DNA of 64,000 nt from Octopus sinensis (taxonomy: Eukaryota). Made by a program: the position numbers and the translations under genes. Below the pieces are notes generated by a model. The model was not told the origin of the DNA. It saw nothing but the letters and a program-made list of their open reading frames with translations, and ran no database searches. The stretch covers positions 1 to 64,000 of the forward strand of contig NW_021833035.1 in NCBI RefSeq assembly GCF_006345805.1. Direction: 5' to 3'. Of this stretch, positions 1 to 14,039 are shown piece by piece (within the stretch, counting starts at the first letter, position 1; every line of letters begins with the position of its first letter).

Positions 1-3000
1 AGTGCCTAGTAGTGCAATTTTCTGTATGTTATATGTGTTTGTAAGTCCTGGTGTTTTTGTTATGTATTTATCTGAATATTTTTTTATCATGCCTAATGCA
101 CCATGATAGGAATTGTTTCTGTTTTCAGATTCCACATTCTAGTTACCTCTATTTCCAGGTCTTTGTATATTGAGAGTTTCTCCATTTCTTTTAGAGACAC
201 GTTGTCATCTGCCGGTATTGATACATCAATTAGAAAGCATTTTTTTCTTCATGATCTCTGACAACTATATCTGGTCTGTTGGCCTTAATTTCTCTATCTG
301 TGTGTATCGGCATATCCCAGAGTATGGTTGCTTTCTCGTTTTCTGTGACCTTTTCTGGTGTGTGCCTATACCATCTTTTTTCTGTTGTTATTCCATAATG
401 TTGGCATAGCTTCCAATGTATGTAGGTTCCAACTCTGTCATGTCTGTGAATATATTCCTTCTTAGCCAGGACTGGGCAGCTAGAGATAATTTGATTTATT
501 GTTTCTTGTCCATCTCCACATATTCTGCAGTTACTTGAAATATTTCGTTTCATTACATGTTTTTGGTAATTTCTGGTGAGGAGGCTTTGGTCTTGTGCTG
601 CAATTAAAAATCCCTCTGTTTCTGCTTTGAGTCCTGAGCTTCTCAACCATTGCTGGGATTTTTCTTTGTCTATTTCTTTTGCGTTTAGTTTAGTCCAGTA
701 TTTACCATGAAGGGGCTTTTCTTGCCATCGTTTTATCATGGTTCGTTGCTGTTCTATTTTTAGTTTGGATTTCATTTGTTTTATAGCTCTTGTTGTTTCT
801 TTATCTTCTTCTTCTTCTTCTTCTTCTTCTTCTTCATGTTATTAGGTGGTATGATTTCTTGTTTGTATTTGTCAGCTTCCTTAAATACTGAGAACAGTTT
901 TTTGTTTTGCTCGTGTTTTGCCGCTATCTGGATCAGTTTTCCTTCCTTCTGAAGTAGATATTTTTGCAGTCCTATGGTGGTTATTTTATAGTAGTTTTCC
1001 AGCTGTATAAGGCCTCTACCACCTTCTATACGTTGTATATATAGTCTTTCTATGTCAGATTTTGGGTGATGCATCCTAGATCCTGTCATTATTTTTCTTG
1101 TTTTCCTATCTATTTTGGTCAGTTCATTTCGTGTCCAGTTAAGGATATTGTAGCTGTAACTTATAACTGGGACAGCTAAAGTGTTGATACCTATTATCCT
1201 GTTTTAGCATTGAGCTCTGTTTTTAGTATTGATCTAACTCGTCTATAATATTCTTTTTTTATTTTCTCTTTCATTTGTGTGTGTTGTGTCTTATCTAGTT
1301 CATGGATTCCTAAGTATTTGTAAGTTTGGCTTTGGTCTAATTCTTTTATTTCATTGGTTTTATCTAGTGTGATGTTGTTACTCTTAACTAGTTTTCCTCT
1401 TTTCATGGTTACTTTGGCGCATTTTTCTAATCCAAATTTCATATCCATTTCTTTGGTAAATCCATGAACTGTCTTTAATAGTGTTTCCAGCTGTTTGTCA
1501 TTTGCAGCGTATAGTTTTAGGTCATCCATATATAAAAGGTGGCTGATCGTTTTGCCGTAACATTTATATCCGCATCCAGTTCTATTTAGTATATCAGACA
1601 GAGGTGACAGTGCCAAGCAGAAAAGGAGTGGAGAGAGCGTGTCTCCCTGGAATATTCCTCTTCTAATGGGGATGTCTTTGGTTTTCATGAGTCCCTCTTT
1701 TGTTTGGAGGTGTAGGACTGTTTGCCATTTATTCATAGAGTGCCCTATGAATTTTATAATTGTTGGTGCTACTTTGTTAATGGCTAGTGTTTCGAGGATC
1801 CATGTGTGGGGGATGCTATCAAAAGCCTTTTTGTAGTCAATCCAGGCCATACTGAGGCCTTTCTTCTTTCTGTGGCTGTCTTCAGTTATGGCTTTATTAA
1901 TCATTAGTTGATCTTTACAGCCATATGAGCCTTTGCGGCATCCTTCCTGCTCTTCTAGAAACAGGTCGTTTTCGTCCAGGTGCTTGTTCAACCTTTGCGA
2001 TATCACTGCAGTGTACATTTTGCCTTGTATATTGTAGGGAGACAGGTTATTGGTTTGTAGTTTTCTGGTTTTGCTGTCTCATTTGATTTGGGAATTAAGA
2101 TGGTTTTCCCCTTCGTGAGCCATTCAGGCATTGTCTCTGGCTCTGCTAGTATGTTAAAGTTTTCAGCCAGTTTTTTGTGCATTCCTGTTAGATATTTCAA
2201 CCAGAAGTTGGGGATCTTGTCATGCCCAGGTGCCTTCCAGTTGCTTAGTCTTTGCAGTGGCTGGGTGACCTCTTCAGTTGTTATGGGGGTCCAAAGTTGC
2301 TCAGATGCTGTGTTTGTTGTTTTAATACTCCTTTTTTTTGGTTGTTCGTTCGCCGACCATATTTCTCTCCAGAATTCTTCCATTTCTTCTGCCGTTGGTG
2401 CTGCAGTGATTTCTATTTTATTTTTATTTTTGCCAAGTTCTTGGTAGAACTTTTTGGGGTTGGAGTTGAACTTTTTGTTTCGTTCAAAGAAGCGCTGGCG
2501 TTTCTCGTACCGGCGGATCCATTGTGCTTTGGCAAGGATATCTTGCTTTAGTTTTTCTTTTATCTCAGGTAAATCTTTTTCTGTGATGTTATATTTGCGG
2601 AGTATTTTTGTTTTCTTTTTGTTGCTCAGTAGCGTTGATTGTCTACTGATTTCATTAAGAATCGACAGATCTTTTCTCATTTTTTGTATTTTGTTTTGGA
2701 TGTTATTTATCCACAGGGTTTGTTTGGGTGGTGGTACTCCTGTTTGGATGGGTTTGAGTGAGTATCCAGCTTCTTTTGTGGCTGCAGTGGCTGCTGCGCA
2801 TATTAAGTCATTTAGCTCAGTGATATCGCTTTTTGTTTCAGTGGCTATTAGTTCCGTGACGGCTAGGTTTATGCTGTTTATAATTGGTGTTGTTGTTTCG
2901 TCTGTTTTGATTTTTGGGAGATATGGTCGGTGGTCCATTTTGAGCTCTGTGGTTTTCAGTTCTTTGATTATTTTACTTTTTATATTATCATAATCATTAG

Positions 3001-3606
3001 GCCCCACCTTCGTTGTTTCCAGGTTTTAGATTTGTGTCGCTTTCTTTCTTATTTATATGTTTGTTTGCCGTGTTTTGGCTTGCTGTTTGTCGTGTATTAT
3101 TATGCATCCTTACGGTCTGGGTTTGTTGTTTTTTGTTTACATCGTGTTTGTTGGGAATGTTACGTTTGTCTTCGTGTTTTACTGTTTCATTGTTTATATT
3201 ATTGGGCATTGTTATGTGGCTTCTATCTACATTTTCCTGGTGTATTTTTTCTTTTAGATGTTCTATTTCTATTTCTGATATTTTTTGCGTTGAGAATGTA
3301 TCTTCGTACGTTAGCTAGTTTATTAGGGTTCATTGCTGTATCTAAGTCTATAATTATGTTATTTTCCTTCCATATTTTATATGTATGTGTTGTTGTGTTT
3401 TCATTTTTTGGGTAGAGAACTGCTGTGAAGTATGCGTGTAGGATAGAAATGTATTCCTCACGTGTCCATTTATGTCTTTTGGGTTTTATTTGCGGGACAT
3501 GAGGATCAACGTCTGGCCCATTATTTTGACGGTCGTCATTTTCGTAGGGTACCGGTCCGTTCATTTCTGTTGTCACATTGTTTTGCACGTGTAGTTTTTC
3601 GTACAT
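1..3606 (-). pseudogene. R4/Dong RT-RLE polyprotein broken by several frameshifts
   Basis: Long stop-free ORF pieces meet end to end in different frames, in the domain order N-term, RT, CCHC knuckle, RLE. Confidence 0.85.
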
Positions 3607-3979
3607 TTTGTGTTATAAGTTTAGAGTACTTACTTCCTGATTGTTATTCTTGGGTTGAATAATATCGGTGGTATTTAATTTCTTCGTAGTTTTTTTGTAC
3701 ATGGTGTTTGGGGTCGGGGATGATCTGGTGTTGATGGATCGCAATGTTTCACGCATGTTTACATGTGTTGTGTTAGAGGTAGAGATGATATCGAGTTAAA
3801 ATACATCATTTCGTTTCGAAAATAGTAATAAATTTCAATGAGTATTACTTACTCGGGTATAGTCCAATCCTTTGTTAGTAAATCTTTGGCTCCATACGTT
3901 GTCTTTGTTTTCGATGTTTGTGGATAGATTTCGGAGCTCTGTTTTATCGTTCTTACATCTTAAACGTCTCCCGGTGTTC

Positions 3980-3980
<1 letters not shown>
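1..3980 (-). mobile_element. R4/Dong-clade non-LTR retrotransposon (RT + restriction-like endonuclease), near full length; 3' end runs off the left edge
   Basis: Abutting minus ORFs 3223-3606 (KRHKWTREE N-terminal motif), 2003-3007, 1194-2018 (GIFQGDTLSPLLF, YMDD), 781-1089 and 230-775 (CRICG...ETINQIISSC knuckle, RHDRV, PDIVV). The 5' end abuts (TAA)n. Confidence 0.92.
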
Positions 3981-4016
<36 letters not shown>

Positions 4017-4049
4017 TATTATTATTTATTATTATTATTATTATTATTA
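3981..4049. repeat. (TTA)n microsatellite, probable Dong target; continues at 4407-4472
   Basis: Direct reading. Confidence 0.95.
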
Positions 4050-4406
4050 TCTCTCTATATATAAATGGTAAAATGTCTGTCTGTGTGTGTACCCTTTATA
4101 CAAATCCACAATTTTTCAGTTAGAGGCATCGCACTTTCTATGGTAATTCAAAACCGTCCAAGGATGGTCGTGCAGATCTTTAAATTTCCCCAGTCACCCC
4201 GCAGAGCCATTAGAAAATCAATAGAAGTGACTTTTTGGGGAATTTTCTATCCAAAACCCAATCAAAATGCCCGAAACTTGATACGCCTGCTAGCTGTATG
4301 TGATTAGTCGGAGATTTGGACAGTACTCGCGTGTATGCTTGCACGCACGCAGCTGTATATGCATGCACTAGCACTATGACCCGATGTTGCCGGATCATAG
4401 TGCTAG
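4050..4406 (+). mobile_element. Non-autonomous Helitron-like element
   Basis: 5' A|TCTCTCTATATATAAA; 3' hairpin ctagcactatgacccg/ccggatcatagtgctag ending CTAG|T; no TSD. Confidence 0.75.
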
Positions 4407-4473
<67 letters not shown>

Positions 4474-4515
4474 ATCTTTAGCCAATACTTCTATCAAATT
4501 ATTATTCTCATTAAA

Positions 4516-4735
4516 AATAGCTGCGAGCTGGCATAATCGTTAGCACAACGTGCAAAAAAAAATGGTTATCACCATTTCATCTGTTTTTACATTTTCAGTT
4601 CAAATTTCGCCGAGGGCCATTTCGCCCTTTATCCTTTTAGGGTCGATAAAATAAGTGCCAGTTGAGTACTGACGGCGATATCATCCTCTTAGTCCCTCCC
4701 ACAAATTTTCAAGCTTTGTATCTCCAGCAGAAAGT
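4516..4735 (+). mobile_element. tRNA-derived SINE
   Basis: gcgagctggcataatcgttagcac...gttcaaatttcgccgag (A/B-box-like head); related copies on the minus strand at 29.4, 32.0 and 53.0 kb. Confidence 0.8.
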
Positions 4736-4841
4736 ATAACTTCTCATTAATCTACACAATAAAATACTTCACCATAAAAGCACCCCATCACAGTTATGAA
4801 AACCGAAACAAAACGTTCATTTACCTGTTTTATTCTTTCAG

Positions 4842-5070
4842 GAAAATGTCCCGTGGATTTCGTTTACAACGGTTATCTTCCTTCTAACAATGATTTGGGT
4901 ATCACTTATACTCAGAATTATACACAGTGTTTCAAAAAATGTGAAGCGGAACCAAACTGTCAGTCATTCGAATACTCCTTAGACACACAGAATGCCGAAT
5001 GTCAGTTGCAAATCATACTGCTATCATTTGAATTTCTGGGGAAGTGAACTTTACACTGATATAAACAGAA
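4842..5070 (+). CDS. Internal exon encoding a PAN/Apple-like domain (apparent 1-nt frameshift near 5010)
   Basis: Acceptor ttctttcag|G at 4841 and donor |GTAAGT at 5071. Translation GKCPVDF...TQCFKKCEAEPNCQSFEYSLDTQNAECQL has PAN spacing C-x3-C-x5-C-x2-F-x-Y...C-x-L. Length 229 = 3n+1. Confidence 0.7.
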
Positions 5071-5164
5071 GTAAGTGCAGATTTGTTTTATAATGTTGGG
5101 GACTTTCAGTCACACTCTGATTAGACAGTGTGAAGGCGTCTGTCTTAGTTCTCTGATTAGACAG

Positions 5165-5398
5165 AGTTGTTCGCATATTTGGCACAGGATCGCAAGGTTG
5201 TGTGTTCAATTCCTGGCGACGCGTTGTGTCTCTGAGCAAGAAACTTTATTTGACGTTGCGTCAGTCCACTCAGCTGCAAAAGTGAGTAGTACCTGTATTT
5301 CAAAGACCCAGCCTGTGTCACTCTGAATCTCCTTGACAATTACGTTAAGGGTACACGTGCCAGTGGAGTACTTAGCAACTTGCACGTTAATTTCATAT
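5165..5398 (+). mobile_element. tRNA-derived SINE (second family)
   Basis: gttcaattcctggcgacgcgttgtg...ccactcagctg...gtacacgtg body, shared with 26530-26818, 28700-28960 and 31240-31500. Confidence 0.75.
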
Positions 5399-5415
5399 AT
5401 ATGCATATATATATA

Positions 5416-5448
<33 letters not shown>

Positions 5449-6328
5449 ATGTATGTATGTATGTATGTATGTATGTATATATATAGATAGATAGATATTA
5501 TTTATATTATTATTTGATTGGACAACAGACATCCAATTCCAAGTAAGTTTATCTTATTATTTTTGATGCGACTCTACCCTATGCTGTTCTCTCTCTCTTT
5601 CTCTCTCTCTCTCCTCTTTCCTCTGATTCTTTTTTCTCCCCTTTACCGTTTTCTTTCTATCTGTCTCTCTCTCCCTCTTTACCTTTTACTCTCTCTCTCT
5701 CTCTCTCTCTCGTTGCTCATACGTGACCATCGTCCATCTTTTTTCCTCACATGATCATTTTTCTTTTCTTTCAGGGCTGTCGTAGAGACTGCACGTATCC
5801 TATCTGTCTCTCTCTTCTATCTTTTCTCTTGTCAAAGAAAATATTTCTCCAGCGTTCGCTATTTTACCTTCGTCTGGTCTAACAACCCCCCATTTTGTTT
5901 TCGTTCGGTTTCCTTGTACGTCTCAACTCTCCTGTTTTTGTTTCCAACCTTGACCCCCCCGCAAACCCCAAATTTCATTTTGGTACTTATGGGAGCAACT
6001 GCCTTCGAAGACTCATATTGTCGTTCAATGCTCGAAATGAGTAGATGGACAACCGACAACTGATGAAGGGTCGTTCTTTATGTTACGTGTTCTGTTTTCC
6101 ATTTTTTCAGTTGTTATTTGCGTATTCAACTCTTTTGTTTTCGTATTTCCTGTTGTTACGGTTTGTGACGTCCTGTACCCATATATGCATATATATATAT
6201 ATAATATTATATATATATATATATATATATAATATTATATATATATATATATATATATACTTTGATACTTTGATAGGTTTCGGCCATTATTGGCCCAGGC
6301 CATGTCTAACTTATAGCACCACCTGGTG

Positions 6329-6393
<65 letters not shown>

Positions 6394-6525
6394 ACATATA
6401 TATATATACATACATACATACATACATACATACATACATACATACATGCATACATATATATATATAATATATATATATATATATAATATATATATATATA
6501 TATAATATATATATATATATTATAT

Positions 6526-6559
<34 letters not shown>

Positions 6560-6560
<1 letters not shown>

Positions 6561-6791
6561 TGGGTTGGTGCATAATTATTGCGGCTTTTTTCGACAAATT
6601 TTATTCAACAAAAACAATAACAACATGAAACAAAAACAAGTTTAAACGATTCACCATATTCTCCATCTACTTCAACTACTGCTTCCCATTTGCTTGGCAG
6701 CCGATCAGACCGTCATTTAAAGCTGTATTTCTTGTTGATTTCTTGAATAAAATTTGTTGAAAAAAGCCGCAGTAATTATGCACCAATCCAA
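6560..6791. mobile_element. Internally deleted mariner (MITE) in a (TA)n tract
   Basis: About 32-bp TIRs ttgggttggtgcataattattgcggctttttt / aaaaaagccgcagtaattatgcaccaatccaa; TA flanks; transposase C-terminus (LPSKWEAVVEVDGEY) on the minus strand. Confidence 0.9.
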
Positions 6792-7339
6792 TATTATTTA
6801 TATTATTATTTGATTGAACGTCACGCATCCATTTCCAAGTATATATATCAGGTTTTGAAGCTTTTCATGCTGAATACTTGATAAATTCTTATAAAGATTT
6901 TATCCTATTTTAAATTTTAAATTTAACCGAATATATTCAGTGCTGAATTATTCTGAATGTACACGTGTACCGAAATATAATTCGAAAAGCCCACCTATTA
7001 CATAGATACATACTAGTTAACAACTTTAATGTGCTACGTTGGATACATTTGGTGTTCATCTGGTATGTCGATCTTTGATCATTTTTATGTGACTTGATTA
7101 TACTTGCACTGACGATTATAAAGTACATTTTGTGAACTAATTGAAATCATATGATATGCAGTTGAATCTGTTTTTAAGGATCTCGCTTCAAGAGGTGCAC
7201 TCCCTCGTGTTCGGTATAATATATTTATTATGGTAGTTTTGACTTTAAAGGAATGAATTATAATTTTTCCCTTTTTTAGGCTTTTCACGTTGACTACTTG
7301 ATAAATTCTTACGAAGATTTTATCGTATATATATATACA

Positions 7340-7406
<67 letters not shown>

Positions 7407-7499
7407 GCATGTATGTATAAGCATGTGTTTATGTACTTTGTGTGTATCAGTATATACTTTGTGCGTATCAGTATATAGTTTTTATACATGTATACGCAT

Positions 7500-8205
7500 A
7501 TGGGTTCGACTAAAAGACAGCTTCATGTTAGAGGAAAATTAGCATCCCCACAAGGCCACACCACCCAGTGCCGTGTTGACACACGACCAATAATGTGGTG
7601 AGGATTTCTCCCCCCTTATAATATTGGGGAACAGACCCAGGCCAGCAGGACAGATGTAGTGAACACCAAGCCTTAACCACCGGAATGGGTTCGAAGGCTA
7701 GAAGCACATCTAGCTCGGCTGATTATTTCCTACTTTAGCTTATATTTCTTGTTTTTATCTTTTATATCCCATATTAAACTGCTTAAGCTGGTGCTAGCTA
7801 TTTTATTTTTTGCTTTAAAGGTGCTTTCATGGTAGGCTATTCTGCTTTTTATGTAATTTTCAGTGGATCCTATGTAGTAATAATTTTGTCCTTCCGATTC
7901 TACCTCACACCTATAAATTAAATTTTTGTATTTGCACAAGTTTCGTAACGAGCAATGGTTTTTAAATTTACAATCGGTACATTCATTTTCAGTTTCCCTT
8001 TCAATAAAGCTATGCTCATTTTCCCCATCTATAGTGTTATTTCCATTTTGTTTATCTGCAATGTTTTGATTCGTAACCATGGGTTCTTTCTTTTGGCTAC
8101 TCCGATTCTTATTTGTTTTTATATTTGGTATTTATATATATTTTGTGTTCATTACTTCTGTTATAATTATTTTCATATTTTCCGGTTTATTGCTAATGTT
8201 ATTAC

Positions 8206-8258
<53 letters not shown>

Positions 8259-8760
8259 TATTATTATTATTATTATTATTATGTGTTTTTTTTCTCATTT
8301 TAGGTTGCAAATTTAAATTTTTTCCTATCCAATTGGTGGACATTACGGGTTACCTCCTTTCCTTTACGAGTTGTATTTTCCAAATTTTCTTTATTATCAG
8401 CAACATTATGATCAGCAAGCAGTTTATCAGGACTGTTCTTACCTCTATTATTATAGAAATCATTCAGTATTTTATTATTCAGTGCAGATATAATTTAAAA
8501 TAATCTTATTGTATGTTTATTGCATTTATTGCACTTATATATGGGGTGTAGCACTTTATTGTGTTTTTATGGGCCCTTTTTGCCATTTGTGTCAGTATCT
8601 CAATATCAACTTTCCTTATTTCATTGGGCCTTTTTAAGCTTCAACCAGTCATATACATGCGATATATTCATTTCTTTTCTTCTTTCAAGAAATACTTGTG
8701 CTTGACGCTTTTTAAAGTGTGGAAAAGTTTTACACAGAACTAATACCACTCTGTAAACTA
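7500..8760 (-). mobile_element. Penelope-like element 3' part (GIY-YIG endonuclease), degraded
   Basis: ORF 7730-8080: C-x-F...CSL...IYRCEV...YYYIGSTENYIKSRIAYH. Confidence 0.8.
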
Positions 8761-9319
8761 CAAAGCCTGATCCAAAAAGAAAGAAGAGCAAGTCGACATC
8801 ACTGGGGGTATTTGCAGTCGCAGGTTTTATAGCAGAGTATCCTCCCAGTCATTGACCGATCAAAGGCTAACCTCAAGACAGCGGTGAATGATTTCACTAC
8901 AGAGTTACCTTCTCCTAGATTACCTTCACAAAAGCTTTGTTAAATACTGTAACTCCATCCACTCCTTATATATTTATACAAACACACACAAAGGTATAGA
9001 ATATGCTTTTTTCTTTTTATTTTAAATATAAATGAAATTAAAATACAGATATATATATATATATATATAAACAAACGAAGGGTATATAAAAGGAATCATT
9101 CATAAATATGTATAAATATGTTATATGTTATATATATGTATGTACGTATGTGTGTATAGATATAAAATAGCGAATATAATAAAATGTAGTAGAATGGAAT
9201 AGAATATGAAACGAATGAGAATATAAAAATGTTATTTATGTGTATAGATATAATATATAGAATATAATAGAACGTAATAGATTGTAATAGAATATGAAAA
9301 TATATAAATCTTTAAATCT

Positions 9320-10430
9320 TTGAAATGTTTCAGCGTCAAAGCTGCGGTCATTCTGGGACACCACCTTTGAATGAGCTTCACCATTATCTGAAACCTCCTC
9401 TGATATGTGGCATTTGATCAATGAAAGAGTTTGATGCTGCTGCCCTCATCTGTGAGGTAGGCTTATCTGGAACCCTTCACAGGAAGAGATCCATTTTCAT
9501 TTTGAAGGCACCTACATCCACACCATGTAGGTCTCTCGGGCATTTTGAAAGGGAATTGAAGAGCTGTGGGCCTTTGAAGCTCAAGCTGTTGCAGTATCTG
9601 GTCCTGTATATTGAAGGCAGTATACAGTGGCGCACCGTTCTGCGGTTTGAGTAACTTTCAATGCCAAAGTTTGGTGCAAGGCCTTCCAGGATTTTCCACA
9701 TGAATTCCACTGCGTATATTTCCTGCCTTCGTGCTAGGGAGAAGAGTTTTAATTCTTTCAATTTTTCCCAATAGCTGATACGTTGCATTTAGACGATTTT
9801 ATTAGTGTAGCTTCGGTAGATTGCTTCGAGTTCCGCTGTGAATTTTATATTGTGTGGTGACCATATTCCGGAGCAGTAGTCAAAGCGGCTGAGGAGGTAT
9901 GTCCTCCAAAGGGCAATCAATGTCTCCTTTTCTCTTGTTTTGAAAGTTCGGATGATCCATCCAGCTATCCGTCTGCATTTTATTATCACATTGGTAATAT
10001 TCACTGGAAAAGATGCATTATTGCTCATGTCAATGCCGAGGTGTCGCACCGATTTGATTCAGGGGTTTCAATTCCTCCCGGGCCAGTGTACCCTGTCTGC
10101 ATGTCGTTTAGCTTCGTGTGCTGGTAGTGTAGGGACTTGAATTTTCCTGTATTAAACTGCATGTTGTTGTCCAACTGTATATTGCGTGCAATTCTCGTTA
10201 CAGATGTGCAATATTTCCTGGGTTTTGCATTGTCTGAGACTTTCGTGTCATCTGCATCGCCAGCAAGGGTCGCTTGCTATTTGAGCAGCTGTGTGCATGT
10301 TTGAGAGGGCCACTATGGATAGCTGTGGCCCCAAGACAGTACTCTGTGGAACACCATTTATTATTTGAGTTTCCTTGGCGGTGGCTCCGTTGGCCACCAC
10401 TGCCTGACATCTATCTTTTAGATAGTCGTG
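9320..10430 (-). mobile_element. CR1-type LINE 3' fragment (RT), degraded
   Basis: GVPQSTVLGP, HLGIDMS, LSRFDYCSGIWSP, SYWEKLKELKLFSLARR motifs. Confidence 0.85.
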
Positions 10431-10608
10431 CAATCACTCTAGTGATTTTAGTTTTGATCTTCTATGCAAATGAAGATATTTGCTTCGTTTTGCTGCTGTT
10501 ATTTCTACGAATGAGAAAATACATTGCGGAACTGTTATTTTAACGAGTTGTATCTATTTATCACTCACTGTGATGCACCTGCACTGCCAGACACTATTGA
10601 ACTAGTTA

Positions 10609-11898
10609 CGAGGGGCGTTCAATAAGTAATACCTCCGACCCACTTGCAGTTGTTTGATCTAGCTGAAATTTTGCATGTGCAATTATTTATATGTCTATAG
10701 ATTAAGTGGTAAATTACAGCTCTGAACTAATTGTGGTTTCTGATTTACAGGTGTTTGAACCGAGTCAAGTGTGAAATGGAGCCTGTTGAATGTCGAGCAG
10801 TGATCCGGTTTTTGTATTTGAAAGGACGCACACCACGGGAGACTTTTGACGAAATGAAAGTAACTTATGGTGATGATGCCCCATCATATGACCTTGTAAA
10901 ACGCTAGCATCGTGAATTCAAACATGGTCGGGACTCTGTGGAAACAGCTCCCAGATCTGGTCGCCCCCCTACTGCCATTGATGAGGCATCTGTCATATCA
11001 AGTTGAGGCTGCCATTTTGGAAGATCGACGCATAACTATTCGCCAAATAGCCCATGAGGTCAAGATTAGTACCCGGTCTGTGGAAACCAATCATTCATGA
11101 CCATTTGCATATGCAAAAGGTGTCTGCCAGATGGATTCCCAGGTTGCTCACACCTTTCCAGAAGCAAGAACGCGTCGAGTGCTCGAGGATGAATTTGGAG
11201 ATGTGCCAAGATGAGTCAAAAATTTTCAAAAGACTGATTACACAGGATGAAACGTGGGTCCATCACTATGATCCAGAGACAAAGCCCAGTCAATGCAGTG
11301 GAAGCACAGTGACTCACCTCCTCCAAAGAAGGCAAGGGTGCAGCCCTCCGCTGTCAAGGTCATGCTCACAGTCTTCTGGGACCAGGAGGGAGTAGTGATG
11401 ACAGATTTCCTGGCAAAGGGTACCACAATTATAGGAGCCTATTATGCTTCACTTTTGAGGAAATTAAGAGAAGCTATCAAAATCAAGAGGCAGAGCAAAA
11501 TCAGCAAAGGCATCCTCCTCCTGCAGGACAACGCTCCGGTCCACAACTCGATGGTCGCCAGATCAGAAGCACAGGCGTGCGGCTATGAAATCCTCCCCCA
11601 TGCCCCTACTCTCTTGACCTTGCACCCTCGGATTTTCACCTCTTCCCAGCCATGAAGTTGTTTTTGAAAAGAAAGCGTTTCCCAGATAATGCAGCCTTGA
11701 TTTCTGAAGTCACGTCATGGATGGAGGACCAATCTGGGATCTTCTACGAAAACGGTCTCCAGAGCTGCATCAAACGATGGGAGAAATGCGTAACTCTGGG
11801 TGCTTCCTATGTAGAAAAAGACTAATAACTGTGCCAAGTTTCGTTGCTCTACTGCTATGGGAAGTGGGTCAGGGGCATTACTTATTGAACGCCCCTCA
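10609..11898 (+). mobile_element. Full-length (1290 bp) mariner, DD34D transposase inactivated by a stop and frameshifts
   Basis: TIR cgaggggcgttcaataagtaat / attacttattgaacgcccctca; TA TSD; ATG at 10776; WIPR, QDETW, QDNAPVH motifs. Confidence 0.95.
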
Positions 11899-12015
11899 TA
11901 AGTGTCCCACTCATGAAAGGTCCATGCTAGATGTGTCGAAACAATTGTCGTGATTAATAATTTAAATTCTCGTATATACTCCATCTTCCGTTTTTTATCT
12001 ACCATAATGTATATA

Positions 12016-12062
<47 letters not shown>

Positions 12063-12069
12063 ATATATA

Positions 12070-12122
<53 letters not shown>

Positions 12123-12448
12123 AGAATATAAAAAGGAATATAAAAATAGAAACATATAAAAAGCAATTTGAGAATATACAAGATATATATATTCTGCACG
12201 CACACAAACACACACACACACACACACACATGTACACACGTTGATGAATGGCCGTTGAATACTCATTAGTTTCTCCTCCATTTCCAGGATCCTACTTTTC
12301 GCCCTGTAGTGTGTCTAACAATCACCCTCCTCTTGGTTGGATTGCCTGTTTACTCGCCGACAATCCGATCATGTAACAGTTTGTACTCGGCTACATGTGT
12401 TACCAGCAGCGTTCAAGAGCGTCCAGTGTCACTCGAGAGCGTCCTAAC

Positions 12449-12467
12449 ATGTGTGTGTGTGTGTGTG

Positions 12468-12534
<67 letters not shown>

Positions 12535-12562
12535 TGGTGTGTGTGTGTGTGTGTGTGTGTGT
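12449..12562. repeat. (TG)n microsatellite
   Basis: Direct reading. Confidence 0.95.
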
Positions 12563-12569
12563 GGACGGA

Positions 12570-13640
12570 GTGTTGCGAAAAGCAACACCTGCCAAAAGAC
12601 AGGAGTTGAAAGTTGGGTGAATGAATGTTGGAAGGAAAATCGATGTTCTGCCCCAAGAACTCTACTTTTGTATGCCACACTTGTTTGGAAACCTCTTGAC
12701 AGATATTTACCAGAACTGGCAGCACAACAGAAGAATACTTTGAGTCGAGCAGTGCTAGCGTCGCTGAGAAGTGACCCAAACAACAGGAATCTCGTGATAA
12801 TTTTCGGACCATAACTCTACTGAACGCACTGACACCAGGCGCACTGAGGTGATCACCATTGCTTTAAGGGACAACGAGGCAGTGATGACAACAAAAATCG
12901 TTCTGCAGATCTGTACCTAGAGATGCTCGTCGATCAGTCCAGCAGCGTAATTGTACACTGAATAAATTGCTCGGGACCCAGTTTGGCCCAGGTCTCCAAG
13001 TAGAGAAGAACTGGGTCGAGCAGGGTGACCTGTCTTACTCGGGAATCGACCCAGAGGAAGTTATCCCTGAAAGGTGGAGCAGAGGTGCCGAATGCTTACA
13101 ACATTCCCATCATATTATCGCTTGAACATCGTGCCATACCCCGTTTCTCGCTGTAACAGATTGAAGAGACTCCTTTTCTGCTTTCTTTGAAAAGGACACA
13201 TTGTACTGTTCAAGCGCTCTATCGGTTGTGAGTACTCACTAAGCGGAGGGCTGGGTATACACTGAAGCTGCGACATCTCCAGGGTTTCCTTGGCGCTCAA
13301 CAAGTGTGGTCGCAGTTTGTCAGATTCATTTTTCCACAGCTCTCTTTGGTAGAATCACAGTCAGGTAGAATCAAGCATATACTAAGACAAGTTTTCTGAC
13401 ACATCTAGAGTGTAGACAGAAGCTCTCAACCCTCTGCTAGTCAACCAATACGGAAGTTCCTGTTTGATGTTCTACAGATGGTTTGTTGTAGGAAAGAGCG
13501 ACGGTGTCGTTGGGGAGGCTCTGGGTATCGACAAACGTTAAGTAGCTGATTTCTTTCATTTGGGGCCCGAGGCTCATCGATAATTTCCAGAAATCATTGG
13601 CTATGCTACCAGTAGACATTGCCGGCTCGATATAACCTCT
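12570..13640 (+). mobile_element. Tx1/L1-type ORF2 remnant, deleted and degraded
   Basis: DIYQNWQ...LRSDPN...DNFRTITLLNA (RT domain 0/1); a later segment resembles the C-terminal region of L1/Tx1 ORF2. Confidence 0.6.
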
Positions 13641-14039
13641 ACAAATTACATAGAAACACTATGAGTTGGGTCAGCTTGAGATGTGCCCAGGTCAACGAAA
13701 GTGTTCTGCACAAAATATTGGTTTTCCTACATCGATGCGGTCTAAAAAGGTTTGATTGAGATGTTAAAACTACCTGTAACATCCTAGAACTTTTCTAAAA
13801 GTCTGCTCTTCCTTCATAACTGAGGACTTGTGTCAATACTAGAAATAACTGATAACTGATAATAAATAACACAACATATATTAAAGAAGTAATGATTTCT
13901 TATATAAAATTATCTTATATAAGTTGGGAAGTTGATTTATTAAAGAGATTAGGATTTCTTGATTAATTTTAAAGAAATCATTAATGATATCATATCCACG
14001 AGAGAAATAAGAAACTATTTTATTTTTATTCCATTTCAG

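Noticed and set aside
6060-6110. CTGATGA hammerhead-like heptamer
   Set aside because: No stem II closing into GAAA and no stem I/III found.
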